Source: a virus
IMG/VR virus record: IMGVR_UViG_3300015190_000001
Coordinates: 1 to 44,399 of that record
Strand: one strand, 5' to 3'
DNA length: 44,399 nucleotides
Positions 24,457 through 31,725 of this stretch are shown piece by piece. Within the stretch, counting starts at the first letter, position 1; each line of letters begins with the position of its first letter. The notes beneath the pieces were generated by a model. That model was given only the letters and a program-made list of their open reading frames with translations. It made no database searches and was not told the origin of the DNA. The translations under genes and the position numbers were made by a program.

Positions 24457-24658
24457 CGGCTCCATTAGTGGAAGCCGCAACGACAGTCACCTTCTCGACG
24501 GTGATCCATCCTTGACGGCGATGCCTGGCGAACTCGCGCTCGCCTCCAATCCAGTTGATCCCTTGGGTCACGCACTCTCGGCGCGTCATCTCCACGAAGA
24601 TCGGCGGGCGGTTCGTGTTGAACAGCGCCCACATCTTGTAGACGCGCTTCTTAGCCAT
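24446..24658 (-). CDS. Hypothetical protein
   Basis: 70-aa ORF in the operon context. Confidence 0.5.
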   Translation of the reverse strand: MAKKRVYKMWALFNTNRPPIFVEMTRRECVTQGINWIGGEREFARHRRQGWITVEKVTVVAASTNGAGTK

Positions 24659-24682
24659 TGGCGTTCTTTCTATCTGGACGAT

Positions 24683-25297
24683 TCATTGAGTCGCCTGCAG
24701 GGCCGCGCTTAGCTCGCCCATGCTTTCATGCGCTTCTGCGACTGCCTTCTCTACGGCGGTCGGCACGAGCTGCAGGTCTTGCGAGATGCACTCGTTCCCC
24801 CATGCGTCCCAGCCTAGGCGGTTTGCGCGGGCGAACAACTCAATCCGCGGTGACGGGGAAACGCTCTCGATGTAGGCGAAGGACGCGCCCGGCTTGGCGC
24901 TGTGGCGCTCAGGCTTGGGGCTCTCGATGATGTTCGGCAGGTAGCGGGCAAGCGGAAAGACGCACTTCTCGCGGTAGCCGAACAGCAGCGTTTGCGTCCG
25001 ATGCACGAAGTAGTTGCCCTGCCCGGACGCCTTGATCCAGTGGATCGGGGCGAGGTACTTGAAGCCCCACGCCCGCATGACCTTGAAGCCGTCCTCCAGG
25101 TGCTGGTTCGTCGTCCAGAGCCACAGGTGGCACTCCGGGAGAGCTATGGCGGCTACCTTCATTGCGCAGATCGCCTCGATGCTCATCGTCGGGTAGTCGA
25201 GCGCAGGCGCACCCATGCCGCCCTTGACGCGCTTGCGCTTGCCGCCGAGGGACAGATCCCAGGGCGGGTCGGCAACGATGGTGGCGTAGCGGCTCAC
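24683..25297 (-). CDS. MT-A70 family N6-adenine methyltransferase
   Basis: IVADPPWDL (DPPW catalytic motif) lies near the N-terminus; 204 aa with the typical MT-A70 layout. Confidence 0.8.
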   Translation of the reverse strand: MSRYATIVADPPWDLSLGGKRKRVKGGMGAPALDYPTMSIEAICAMKVAAIALPECHLWLWTTNQHLEDGFKVMRAWGFKYLAPIHWIKASGQGNYFVHRTQTLLFGYREKCVFPLARYLPNIIESPKPERHSAKPGASFAYIESVSPSPRIELFARANRLGWDAWGNECISQDLQLVPTAVEKAVAEAHESMGELSAALQATQ

Positions 25298-25500
25298 GTC
25301 CCTTGATTCCTCTTGATCGGCCTGCCGTTGTGGTCGAAGCGAGCGTCGTCCAGCAGCTTCACGCCAGCGCGTTCAAGGTGGCCCATTACAACCTCCAGCA
25401 GCAAAGCATCCCGTTCGCCCTCTTGGAGCAACGACCAGGACGTAATCGCACCGCCGCGAGATTGGTAAAGATGCCAAGCGAGCATTTCGTTTTCGGTCAT
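25294..25500 (-). CDS. Hypothetical protein
   Basis: 68 aa, overlapping stop/start with its neighbours. Confidence 0.45.
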   Translation of the reverse strand: MTENEMLAWHLYQSRGGAITSWSLLQEGERDALLLEVVMGHLERAGVKLLDDARFDHNGRPIKRNQGT

Positions 25501-25835
25501 GCACCGGCCCCCTTCTTATCTAGCGGTCGCATGGTGATCTTCACTCGCACCGGGAGCGGCATCCGCCAGCCATGAGGCTCGGTGCGTAGGTCTTGGCGCT
25601 TGGCGATGTAGCCGTGCGTCTCTTTGATCCACGCTGCCGCTTCCTTGCGCGTGTCGAACAGCGCGGGCAGACCTTTGTGGAACATGACGTGCTTGCGCTC
25701 GCCATCGAGGCTGCACTTGGAGCGCCACAGCGCGCCCCATCGCTCGAATATCGTGACGCCCTTCACTCGCTCGTCCTGTCCAGAGGTGCGACGGGGAGCG
25801 GCATTCGTCAGCGACGTACACGAGATCGCCGACAC
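25497..25835 (-). CDS. Hypothetical protein (alternative GTG start at 25766)
   Basis: 112-aa ORF, overlapping stop/start with the downstream gene. Confidence 0.45.
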   Translation of the reverse strand: MSAISCTSLTNAAPRRTSGQDERVKGVTIFERWGALWRSKCSLDGERKHVMFHKGLPALFDTRKEAAAWIKETHGYIAKRQDLRTEPHGWRMPLPVRVKITMRPLDKKGAGA

Positions 25836-25874
25836 CCAATGAGCGGTCTGGGGTAGACGAGTGCGATTGTTTGG

Positions 25875-26171
25875 TCATGAGCAGGCCCTCCCTCTGAAAC
25901 GTGGCCTTTCGGCAATGGTTTCGTCCCTGATCTCCTCGGCCCTCGACTTGTGCCGATGGTCGTCTCCCGCGTTGTTCGCGCTCACGGGATGCCTCTTCAG
26001 CAGCGCCGCAAGCTTGCATTCCTTGTTGTGGTGGCGCGATGTCTCACCGTTTGGCTTGTCGAAGCCCAAGCACACCGGGCACTTCGAGTAGATGACCGTC
26101 GTGAACTCTATGGAGCGCAGGATTTCCAGCGCTTCCTTAAGATCGTCGTTCTTCTCCGTGCTCGCACTCAT
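25875..26171 (-). CDS. Hypothetical protein with CPVC...H..C metal-binding-like pattern
   Basis: 98 aa. Confidence 0.45.
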   Translation of the reverse strand: MSASTEKNDDLKEALEILRSIEFTTVIYSKCPVCLGFDKPNGETSRHHNKECKLAALLKRHPVSANNAGDDHRHKSRAEEIRDETIAERPRFRGRACS

Positions 26172-26368
26172 GGAATCCTCTTGATGATGTCGGACTTGCG
26201 AAAGCCAACGCTGGCCGGTTTCTGCTGGTTATCCATCGCCGCCTCGAACTCTTCCTTGCGGCAGACAGAAACCACGTCGCCCCAGTCCCGCACAACGACG
26301 CGGCAGATCGGTCCTTGCGCGGATTCCAAGGCCACTGTCTCGCCAACGTTGTAGTTGCCGTCAGTCAA
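26168..26368 (-). CDS. Hypothetical small protein (TTG start)
   Basis: TTG at 26368 is preceded by AGGAG at 7-nt spacing and overlaps the upstream TGA (TTGA). The longer ORF-track version (to 26473) has poor third-position GC in its extension. Confidence 0.4.
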   Translation of the reverse strand: MTDGNYNVGETVALESAQGPICRVVVRDWGDVVSVCRKEEFEAAMDNQQKPASVGFRKSDIIKRIP

Positions 26369-26547
26369 AGCACCGCTCCTAGCTTCCAAAGGGCGCGGCT
26401 GCGCTCCATCAGCCGCTTTGCAGCTAACGTCGTAGCGCGTCGTCCTTGGGGCGTCCTGGCGTTCATGTGCCACAGGTAGGCAACACTCGCGTCCCTGATC
26501 TCGCGCAAGAGCCTGCCGCGACGCTGAAGGCGGTTGTGCTGGGTCAC
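26365..26547 (-). CDS. Hypothetical basic small protein (GTG start)
   Basis: 60 aa, GGAG 7 nt upstream, good third-position GC. Confidence 0.4.
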   Translation of the reverse strand: MTQHNRLQRRGRLLREIRDASVAYLWHMNARTPQGRRATTLAAKRLMERSRALWKLGAVL

Positions 26548-26609
26548 GCTCTGGCTCCAGTCCCGAAGATAAGAGACATCACGTTGGCTCCATCCCTACC
26601 TATAAGACA

Positions 26610-26984
26610 TCAGGAATCGCTGCTCGACGAACTGCCGGAATCGCTCGATCCGCTGTCGCTGCTGGACGAGCTGGAATCGGATGACGACGAGGACGAATCG
26701 CTGGAGCTGCTACGGCTATCGTCGCTCCACGAACTGCCAGCGCCGGCCCCTACCGTGTCTCCACCGCCACCAGCGAAGGCCGGGGTGTCGTCCACCGGGG
26801 CGCTGTGCGAATGGCCCGAGAAGCCACCACCGAGCGCGTAGCCGATGATGGCGGGGGTAAGCCAGTCGCTATTGCTGTGCGACGCCGGGATGCTGCTGGA
26901 CGTGCCACGAACATTGCAGCGGGCGCAGTTGCGGATGTCCTCGACCCTGCGGACTACCTTCTGGCAATCGGTGCATTTGAACAT
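26610..26984 (-). CDS. Zinc-ribbon protein with Gly-rich segment and Ser/Asp low-complexity tail
   Basis: 124 aa. The N-terminus has CTDC..(X)..CARC. The middle has IIGYALGGGFSG...GGGGDTVGAGAGSSW. The C-terminal approximately 40 aa are almost entirely S/D. RBS AGGGAGAA. Confidence 0.6.
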   Translation of the reverse strand: MFKCTDCQKVVRRVEDIRNCARCNVRGTSSSIPASHSNSDWLTPAIIGYALGGGFSGHSHSAPVDDTPAFAGGGGDTVGAGAGSSWSDDSRSSSSDSSSSSSDSSSSSSDSGSSDSGSSSSSDS

Positions 26985-27020
26985 TCGATTCTCCCTATGA
27001 AAACTTGCGCAGCAATCTAC

Positions 27021-27170
27021 CTAACCGCGTTGATTTTGTTCAGCATTGCCCTTGGCACCCGGAAAGCCGGAACCCGCCGGAGTCGAACCAGCGCCTCGCG
27101 TTTTGAGGGACACGACTCCCTTAGCTTTCGCCTTCGCGCGCTCTCCGTGAGCTTGGGTTCCGATGGTCAT
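27021..27170 (-). CDS. Possible small basic protein (49 aa)
   Basis: ATG at 27170 lies behind GGAAGGTGG. It fills an otherwise empty 225-nt gap and is below the ORF-track cut-off. Confidence 0.3.
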   Translation of the reverse strand: MTIGTQAHGERAKAKAKGVVSLKTRGAGSTPAGSGFPGAKGNAEQNQRG

Positions 27171-27210
27171 GCCGCCACCTTCCAGCCGAGGTCCTCGTGG
27201 ACCCAGCAGT

Positions 27211-27441
27211 TCACGACCGCCCGTTCTTCTTCGGTAGCGTTTTCACCTTCTGCGAGCCGAAAAACTCCGGCAAGGTGCGCGGCGTGCCGAACGCTTTGAA
27301 CGCCCGGAGCTGCACATCGGCATTGCGCACCATGACGGTCCCGGCGCGCGAGATGGCGTTCAACCGCTCGGGCTTCGCTTTGCCCGCGCGCAGTTTGTAG
27401 ATTTCGTCCCCGATTACCCTATTCAGTTCTTGCAGATCCAC
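27211..27441 (-). CDS. Hypothetical protein
   Basis: 76-aa ORF. Confidence 0.45.
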   Translation of the reverse strand: MDLQELNRVIGDEIYKLRAGKAKPERLNAISRAGTVMVRNADVQLRAFKAFGTPRTLPEFFGSQKVKTLPKKNGRS

Positions 27442-27766
27442 ATTTCATCTCCTGTTTTAGAGTTTGCAAAAGGTCAACCGCGACACACACTTCTACTGGC
27501 GTGTCCTGCGTTAGCCATAACCGGCGTCGCCAGAACCGCGCCGTTGAAATCTGAATATCCAGTTCGTCCAAAGATGTCGGCCGCACCCCGTACCGTTCAC
27601 GGTCGGCGTGATATAGGCAAAATTTCCGCGCGGTTTCGGATAGCAAACGAGCGGTAAACCTCCGCATCTTCATCCGCTCGCTCTTGCGAGCAAGGACCGT
27701 ATCCTTGTTCGCCAGATACCAGCGCCGACCGGCGCGAGCTTGATTTACTTTGTTCGCATACGGCAT
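27419..27766 (-). CDS. Hypothetical basic protein
   Basis: 115 aa. The N-terminal RRWYLANKD..V..R motif resembles the leader repeats seen in EndoVII/HNH-associated proteins (compare 5445-5837). Confidence 0.45.
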   Translation of the reverse strand: MPYANKVNQARAGRRWYLANKDTVLARKSERMKMRRFTARLLSETARKFCLYHADRERYGVRPTSLDELDIQISTARFWRRRLWLTQDTPVEVCVAVDLLQTLKQEMKCGSARTE

Positions 27767-28216
27767 TTATGCGACCCTCGCGAACTCGCCGTAGTGCTGG
27801 CGCTCGCCCGCGCGGCGCGCGGCCACGGCTTCGTCCTGTGTCTGAAATCTACCCAGCAGGAGGGATTTCTTGCCCACCTTGATCTGCGCGACCCAGCGTA
27901 GGCGCGTCTTGCAGAAGTGGACGCCCCTGGTCCCGCTTGAGTTGTTCGAGCGCAGGCCACTGTTCATGCAGTTCTGTCCGGCGGTGACGATGCGGAGGTT
28001 CTCGCGCCGGTTGTCCAGCCGGTCCCCGTTGATGTGGTCCACCAATTGAGCGTCAGCAGCTCCGACAATCTCGCGGTGGACATAGTCGCGGCCCTTGCCG
28101 CGCACGCCACGCCCCCGGAGGTACCCGTTCGCGTTGACGTAGAGAGGAACGCCGACGTACCGCAGGGCGTCCTCCACATCCATTTGCGCTTCTTGTCCGT
28201 CGATTAGAAATTTCAT
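27767..28216 (-). CDS. HNH endonuclease with AP2 DNA-binding domain (homing-endonuclease type)
   Basis: VDHINGDRLDNRRENLRIVT..QN is an HNH_3 motif. SGTRGVHF...RWVAQIKVGKKSLLLGRFQTQDEAVAARRAGERQHYGEFA is an AP2 motif. ATG at 28216 is ATGA-coupled. Confidence 0.8.
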   Translation of the reverse strand: MKFLIDGQEAQMDVEDALRYVGVPLYVNANGYLRGRGVRGKGRDYVHREIVGAADAQLVDHINGDRLDNRRENLRIVTAGQNCMNSGLRSNNSSGTRGVHFCKTRLRWVAQIKVGKKSLLLGRFQTQDEAVAARRAGERQHYGEFARVA

Positions 28217-28551
28217 GCAGCGTTCCTCAGTCCAAGGCGTTCCTGAATGTCTTCGTTCAACCACGCCAAAAGCCCATATTCGCTGCCGTGCGGTACGTGG
28301 TAGAGCGAGACGAACGCCTTCGAGCCCATGCCATGCAGCCCGGCGCCGCCGCGGTGGTGGCCGCCGTTCGACTTGCTGCCGCACAGCGGCGCCACCAGCC
28401 AGTTGTTCTGCCGGCTCGAGCCCTCGCCGAGATGGTGGACTTCAGTAGGCAGACCTTCGTCGAGGTTCGGGAAGCGCTTGCAGATGAGGCACTTCATCGA
28501 CTTGATGAGCCCCATGTAGCGCGACTCGGCGGCGGTGGCGGACTGGTTCAC
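28213..28551 (-). CDS. HNH-type nuclease, Ref/DUF968-like (recombination-enhancement-like)
   Basis: CLICKRF...PTEVHHL..G..(X)..VAPLC....GGHHRG..GLHG.G..AF. GTG at 28551 overlaps the upstream TGA (GTGA). An alternative ATG is at 28515. Confidence 0.55.
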   Translation of the reverse strand: MNQSATAAESRYMGLIKSMKCLICKRFPNLDEGLPTEVHHLGEGSSRQNNWLVAPLCGSKSNGGHHRGGAGLHGMGSKAFVSLYHVPHGSEYGLLAWLNEDIQERLGLRNAA

Positions 28552-29339
28552 GCAGCCACTTTCTCGAAGCTGGTGGCGAGCTCGCTCTTCGCCTGCCAGT
28601 AGTGGAGGAGGGCGTAGAACATCACCCACCCCTTCGCGAGTTCGTCTTGCGAAAGCTCGACCACGCGCGCAACGCCAGGATGCGTCACGCTCACGAACAC
28701 GATCGCTCCTCGAGCTTTCACGAACTCCATGCCGTGCCGATAGGCGGCGATCTGCATGGCGTGCTCGTCGTAGGTCTTCAGATCGTCGTCCGGGCCGAAC
28801 TCTTTCGTCTTGAAGTCGACGACGAACTCAGGCGACGTACAAGCGAGGTCGATCTTTCCGCCAAAGCCAGACGGATGTGCGAACGACTGTTCGACCATAC
28901 AGCAATCCCACTCGAGACCGAAGTGCTGGTCGATCGCCGCGCATGCTCCCTGCACATGCTTCTCGTAGGCGGGGTCGACATGCTCGTTCTGCAGGTGCCC
29001 CTGGATGGCCGCATGGATCGCGGTTCCACGATCGGCGGCCTTCCTTCCTTGCTCTTTGGAATCCTGCGCCACGCGCGCGAGCCACTCCTTCTCCGTCTCG
29101 GCGATATTTCGCGGCAGGGTCAGGCCGGACATCAGCAGCTGCTCGGCCTTCCATCTCTCCAGCCCCGGCGCCGCAGCGCACCTGATGATGCTCGTGACGG
29201 ACGGAACCAGCTTCAGCTTCCGCGCATCCGCGAGCGTGGTCGGACGCATGTGCCCGGCCTTTGCCTTGACTTCGTAGGCAGGTGCCCCGGTACGGGTGTA
29301 CCAGTGAAGACTCTCGGCGACGTGCGGAACGGCGCTCAT
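28548..29339 (-). CDS. PD-(D/E)XK exonuclease (RecB/Cas4/YqaJ-like)
   Basis: 263 aa from ATG 29339. Motifs: GTAIHAAIQ, GKIDL...VVDFKTK (D..D/E.K), QIAAY. Confidence 0.7.
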   Translation of the reverse strand: MSAVPHVAESLHWYTRTGAPAYEVKAKAGHMRPTTLADARKLKLVPSVTSIIRCAAAPGLERWKAEQLLMSGLTLPRNIAETEKEWLARVAQDSKEQGRKAADRGTAIHAAIQGHLQNEHVDPAYEKHVQGACAAIDQHFGLEWDCCMVEQSFAHPSGFGGKIDLACTSPEFVVDFKTKEFGPDDDLKTYDEHAMQIAAYRHGMEFVKARGAIVFVSVTHPGVARVVELSQDELAKGWVMFYALLHYWQAKSELATSFEKVAA

Positions 29340-29974
29340 CAGAACGGGACGGACTCTTTTCCCGGCTGGCCGTTGTTCTCGCTCCACGGAATGTCATCTT
29401 CCATGTCATCGAACTTCCCCGGCGCCTTGCCGTTTCCCTTGGTGCGCGCCTTGAACTCGTCGGACTTCTCGATGATTTCGCGGATACCCTTGGGCATCGC
29501 GTCGAACGCCGCCTGGTCCCACTCCTCGATCCAGAAAGCCGAGGACGGATTGACCTGCGGCTTCACCTCGATCCCCTTGGGAAGCGCGGCCACGGCCGAG
29601 ACCTTGACCTTGCCCTTCTCGTTGGCGATGAGGGTCACCATGCAGGGCTTGCCGAGGATGTTCATGAGATCGAACTTCTTCATCTCCGCATCGGTGAATT
29701 GGCGTCCACGCCACGCCTCGAGGTGCGCCCGAAGCGTCGCCTTCTCGTTCAGGCTGTTCGTGTAGAAGTGCGAGACGATGTACGGCTTGCCGTCATCCAT
29801 GAGTTCGGTCGGCAGCTCCCAGGTGATCAACACCTGGTTGCGGACGTTCGGCTGTCCTTGATACTCGCCGTGCTGCGTGCCGAGGTCGATCATGCGAACG
29901 CAGCGCGCGACATGCGTTCCTGTTGGCGGCTGCTTGAAATCACCGCCACCCGAGTCTTGTGCGTATCTGCCCAT
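29339..29974 (-). CDS. Putative ssDNA-binding protein (DUF669-like) with acidic C-terminal tail
   Basis: ATG at 29974 lies behind the strong RBS AAGGAG at 6-nt spacing. The C-terminus FDDMEDDIPW....VPF is reminiscent of SSB tails. It is paired with an exonuclease. Confidence 0.55.
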   Translation of the reverse strand: MGRYAQDSGGGDFKQPPTGTHVARCVRMIDLGTQHGEYQGQPNVRNQVLITWELPTELMDDGKPYIVSHFYTNSLNEKATLRAHLEAWRGRQFTDAEMKKFDLMNILGKPCMVTLIANEKGKVKVSAVAALPKGIEVKPQVNPSSAFWIEEWDQAAFDAMPKGIREIIEKSDEFKARTKGNGKAPGKFDDMEDDIPWSENNGQPGKESVPF

Positions 29975-30023
29975 CAGTATCTCCTTGTAAATTCCGAGTC
30001 GTTTCTCTTCTGCTTCGTACTGA

Positions 30024-30206
30024 TCAGCCCACGCTTGCTGTTCTGGCGTGAGCATCGAGTTCTTGCCTGAATTGCTTTGAAATCCCCAAATGAGCAGCAA
30101 GGCGCTCCGCTGTTCCCTCCAGGCCGTGTTTGTGAACGACCGCGAGGCAGTCCAGCTCCTCGCGCATCCGTTCTTGCTCGGCTTGATAGCCTTCGTCAGT
30201 GGTCAT
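30024..30206 (-). CDS. Hypothetical small acidic protein
   Basis: 60-aa ORF. Confidence 0.4.
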   Translation of the reverse strand: MTTDEGYQAEQERMREELDCLAVVHKHGLEGTAERLAAHLGISKQFRQELDAHARTASVG

Positions 30207-30505
30207 GCGGCTCTCTGGCTTTCTGCGTAGTCCTGCTGCATCGCGGCGGCGAGCTCGGTGACAAGATCTGGATGGGTGCGAAGGAACTTCTCGATCAGCG
30301 CCTCGGCGTATTTGCGGGCCTTATCGCTGCCGGCGCTCGGGTCGCTGATCGCGGTGAGGAACAGGCTCTCGAACTCCGAGACCGCCCAGCGGTAGTTGCC
30401 GTCGATCTCCGCGTCAAGCAGGTCGCGGAAGATGACTCCGTTGACCTTGCCGCCGTCGAGAAACCTCTCGACCAAGGCTTCCTTTGCTTCCTGTGCGAAA
30501 GTCAT
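30203..30505 (-). CDS. Hypothetical helical protein
   Basis: 100-aa ORF, overlapping stop/start. Confidence 0.5.
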   Translation of the reverse strand: MTFAQEAKEALVERFLDGGKVNGVIFRDLLDAEIDGNYRWAVSEFESLFLTAISDPSAGSDKARKYAEALIEKFLRTHPDLVTELAAAMQQDYAESQRAA

Positions 30506-30756
30506 TCGTTTCTCCCGTCAGCCCGCACGCAGCGGGTGTTCTTGGCCGTGATCTGGCCGTGCTGCTCTTGGTAGGCCCCGACCGTCACGTAGTCGCAGGG
30601 CATATGCAGGCGCTTCAATTCGTGCGCTGGCTCGAAGATGGGGCGCGGCCCCTCCATCGCCGCGCGGTAGGAGACCTCGGAGGACTGGCGATCGACGATG
30701 CCGACGAAGCAGGCGGCGGCGAGAATGAAGGCGAGGGTGAGGCAGGCGCGGATCAC
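30502..30756 (-). CDS. Small secreted/membrane protein (GTG start)
   Basis: GTG at 30756 overlaps the TGA of the preceding mini-ORF (GTGA). The signal-like start is VIRACLTLAFILAAACFVGIV; 84 aa. Confidence 0.45.
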   Translation of the reverse strand: MIRACLTLAFILAAACFVGIVDRQSSEVSYRAAMEGPRPIFEPAHELKRLHMPCDYVTVGAYQEQHGQITAKNTRCVRADGRNE

Positions 30757-30845
30757 AGCAGCACCGCCGCCCACACGGTCAGGACGAACAGGACGGCCAC
30801 CGCCGTCTGCGGTTCCATCAGCCTGAAGGAGTCGTTGATGCCCAT
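30753..30845 (-). CDS. 30-aa hydrophobic peptide, first ORF of the leftward early transcript
   Basis: MGINDSFRLMEPQTAVAVLFVLTVWAAVLL. The ATG lies 8 nt downstream of the putative PL -10 hexamer. Confidence 0.4.
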   Translation of the reverse strand: MGINDSFRLMEPQTAVAVLFVLTVWAAVLL

Positions 30846-30853
30846 GCCGACGT

Positions 30854-30882
30854 AAGATACACGCAACGTGTAAATCACGCAA
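30854..30882 (-). promoter_or_regulatory. Putative leftward early promoter (PL-like) with embedded operator
   Basis: On the minus strand: TTGCGT, a 17-nt spacer, then TATCTT. The spacer contains the palindrome TACACgttgcGTGTA (30858-30872). It is nearly superimposable on the PR-like promoter. Confidence 0.6.
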
Positions 30883-30891
30883 GCACAGTTT

Positions 30892-30970
30892 GTGTATGTG
30901 CCGTACACAGGCTTACTAATGCCTGACTAGTCTTGTAGGGTAATCGGCTACAGAGGTGTAGCTAGGTGTA
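30892..30970. promoter_or_regulatory. Additional operator-like half-site cluster (OL region)
   Basis: GTGTAtgtgccgTACAC lies at 30892-30908. Direct AGGTGTA-gct-AGGTGTA lies at 30954-30970, abutting the repressor stop codon. These use the same TACAC/GTGTA half-sites as the promoter operators. Confidence 0.45.
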
Positions 30971-31375
30971 CTACTTCAATGCCTTGCTGCGGTGCGGGCC
31001 CTTACGAACCTCTTGTGACAATCTTTCATCAGGCACCGGCTCGCGGTAGGCCATCGCCAGCACCTCGATCCGCCGCGAGTACTCGTTACGGTCCTTCTCT
31101 GGCAGGGCGCGGAAGTTCCGAAGCAGCTCGTTTTCTTGAACGGTCATCTCTCCGGCCTCCTCATCCAGACATAGAAGGTAAGAGGCATTAACGCCCAAGA
31201 CCTTGGACAAGGCAAGGGACTCTTTTATTCCAAGACTACGGATTCCCTGCTCGTAGTTGGACAGCCTGGATGGGGAAAGGAAGCCGCTCACGGCCTTGGA
31301 CAGATCCTCCAAGGTCATCTTTTTATCCCGGCGTGCGATGGCTAGGCGCTTGCCGGATTCCTTTTTGTAATTCAT
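30971..31375 (-). CDS. cI: CI-like repressor, XRE-family HTH, no S24 autoprotease domain
   Basis: From ATG 31375, 134 aa. GKRLAIARRDKKMTLEDLSKAV...SRLSNYEQGIRSLGIKESLALSKVLGVNASYLL is an HTH_3 motif. The C-terminal approximately 65 aa are helical with no Ser/Lys dyad pattern. The ORF-track start at 31477 would run through the operator region. Confidence 0.7.
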   Translation of the reverse strand: MNYKKESGKRLAIARRDKKMTLEDLSKAVSGFLSPSRLSNYEQGIRSLGIKESLALSKVLGVNASYLLCLDEEAGEMTVQENELLRNFRALPEKDRNEYSRRIEVLAMAYREPVPDERLSQEVRKGPHRSKALK

Positions 31376-31435
31376 ACCGATAGACGCTACAGCCGCCACC
31401 CAGCTCAGTCTTTCAACTTTTTGTGTAGGTAGTGC

Positions 31436-31464
31436 TTGCACGACATACACAGGTCGTGTATAAG
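31436..31464 (+). promoter_or_regulatory. Putative rightward early promoter (PR-like) with embedded operator
   Basis: TTGCAC, a 17-nt spacer, then TATAAG. The spacer contains TACACaggtcGTGTA (31446-31460). The cro ATG follows 11 nt after the -10. Confidence 0.6.
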
Positions 31465-31475
31465 GTCGTTCAAGC

Positions 31476-31652
31476 ATGCGACTCCCCGACTACATCGACC
31501 AGATCGGCATTAAGCGCTTCGCCAAGCAATTCAAGGTGAAGCCCCGCACGGTCAGCTCGTGGAAGCGCATGGAACGCCGTCCCCGCCCCGAGAAAGCCCA
31601 AGAGATCGTCGAAAAGACGCCGGTGACGATGGAAGGGATCTACGGGGCATGA
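31476..31652 (+). CDS. cro: Cro/YdaS-like HTH regulator
   Basis: 58 aa (below the ORF-track cut-off). MRLPDYIDQIGIKRFAKQFKVKPRTVSSWKRMERRPRPEKAQEIVEKTPVTMEGIYGA. It is divergent from the repressor, with the typical ..VS.W.r....P...a..I motif. Confidence 0.65.
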   Translation: MRLPDYIDQIGIKRFAKQFKVKPRTVSSWKRMERRPRPEKAQEIVEKTPVTMEGIYGA

Positions 31653-31658
31653 ATTCCC

Positions 31659-31712
31659 CCCCGCCCGGTTCAGGCTTCCTCCTCCTCTCGCTTTCCGGGC
31701 GGGGTTTCTTTT
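31659..31712 (+). terminator. Candidate intrinsic terminator after cro (tR1-like)
   Basis: A perfect 10-bp GC stem, ccccgcccgg (31659-68) with ccgggcgggg (31695-704), encloses a 26-nt pyrimidine-rich loop and is followed by tttctttt. Confidence 0.5.
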
Positions 31713-31725
31713 CCTGGCTCCCTGC

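Noticed and set aside
26446-26841. Plus-strand ORF encoding an acidic, Leu-rich protein antisense to the Ser/Asp-tail gene
   Set aside because: It is a mirror-image artefact of the low-complexity repeat. The minus-strand frame has a zinc-ribbon N-terminus and a strong RBS, and it fits the uniformly minus-strand operon.
31376-31477. Longer repressor ORF starting at 31477, whose ATG shares the GCATGC palindrome with the cro ATG
   Set aside because: The 34-codon extension would be translated across the operator/promoter region and precedes the HTH domain with non-conserved-looking sequence. The ATG at 31375 gives a typical XRE-repressor N-terminus.
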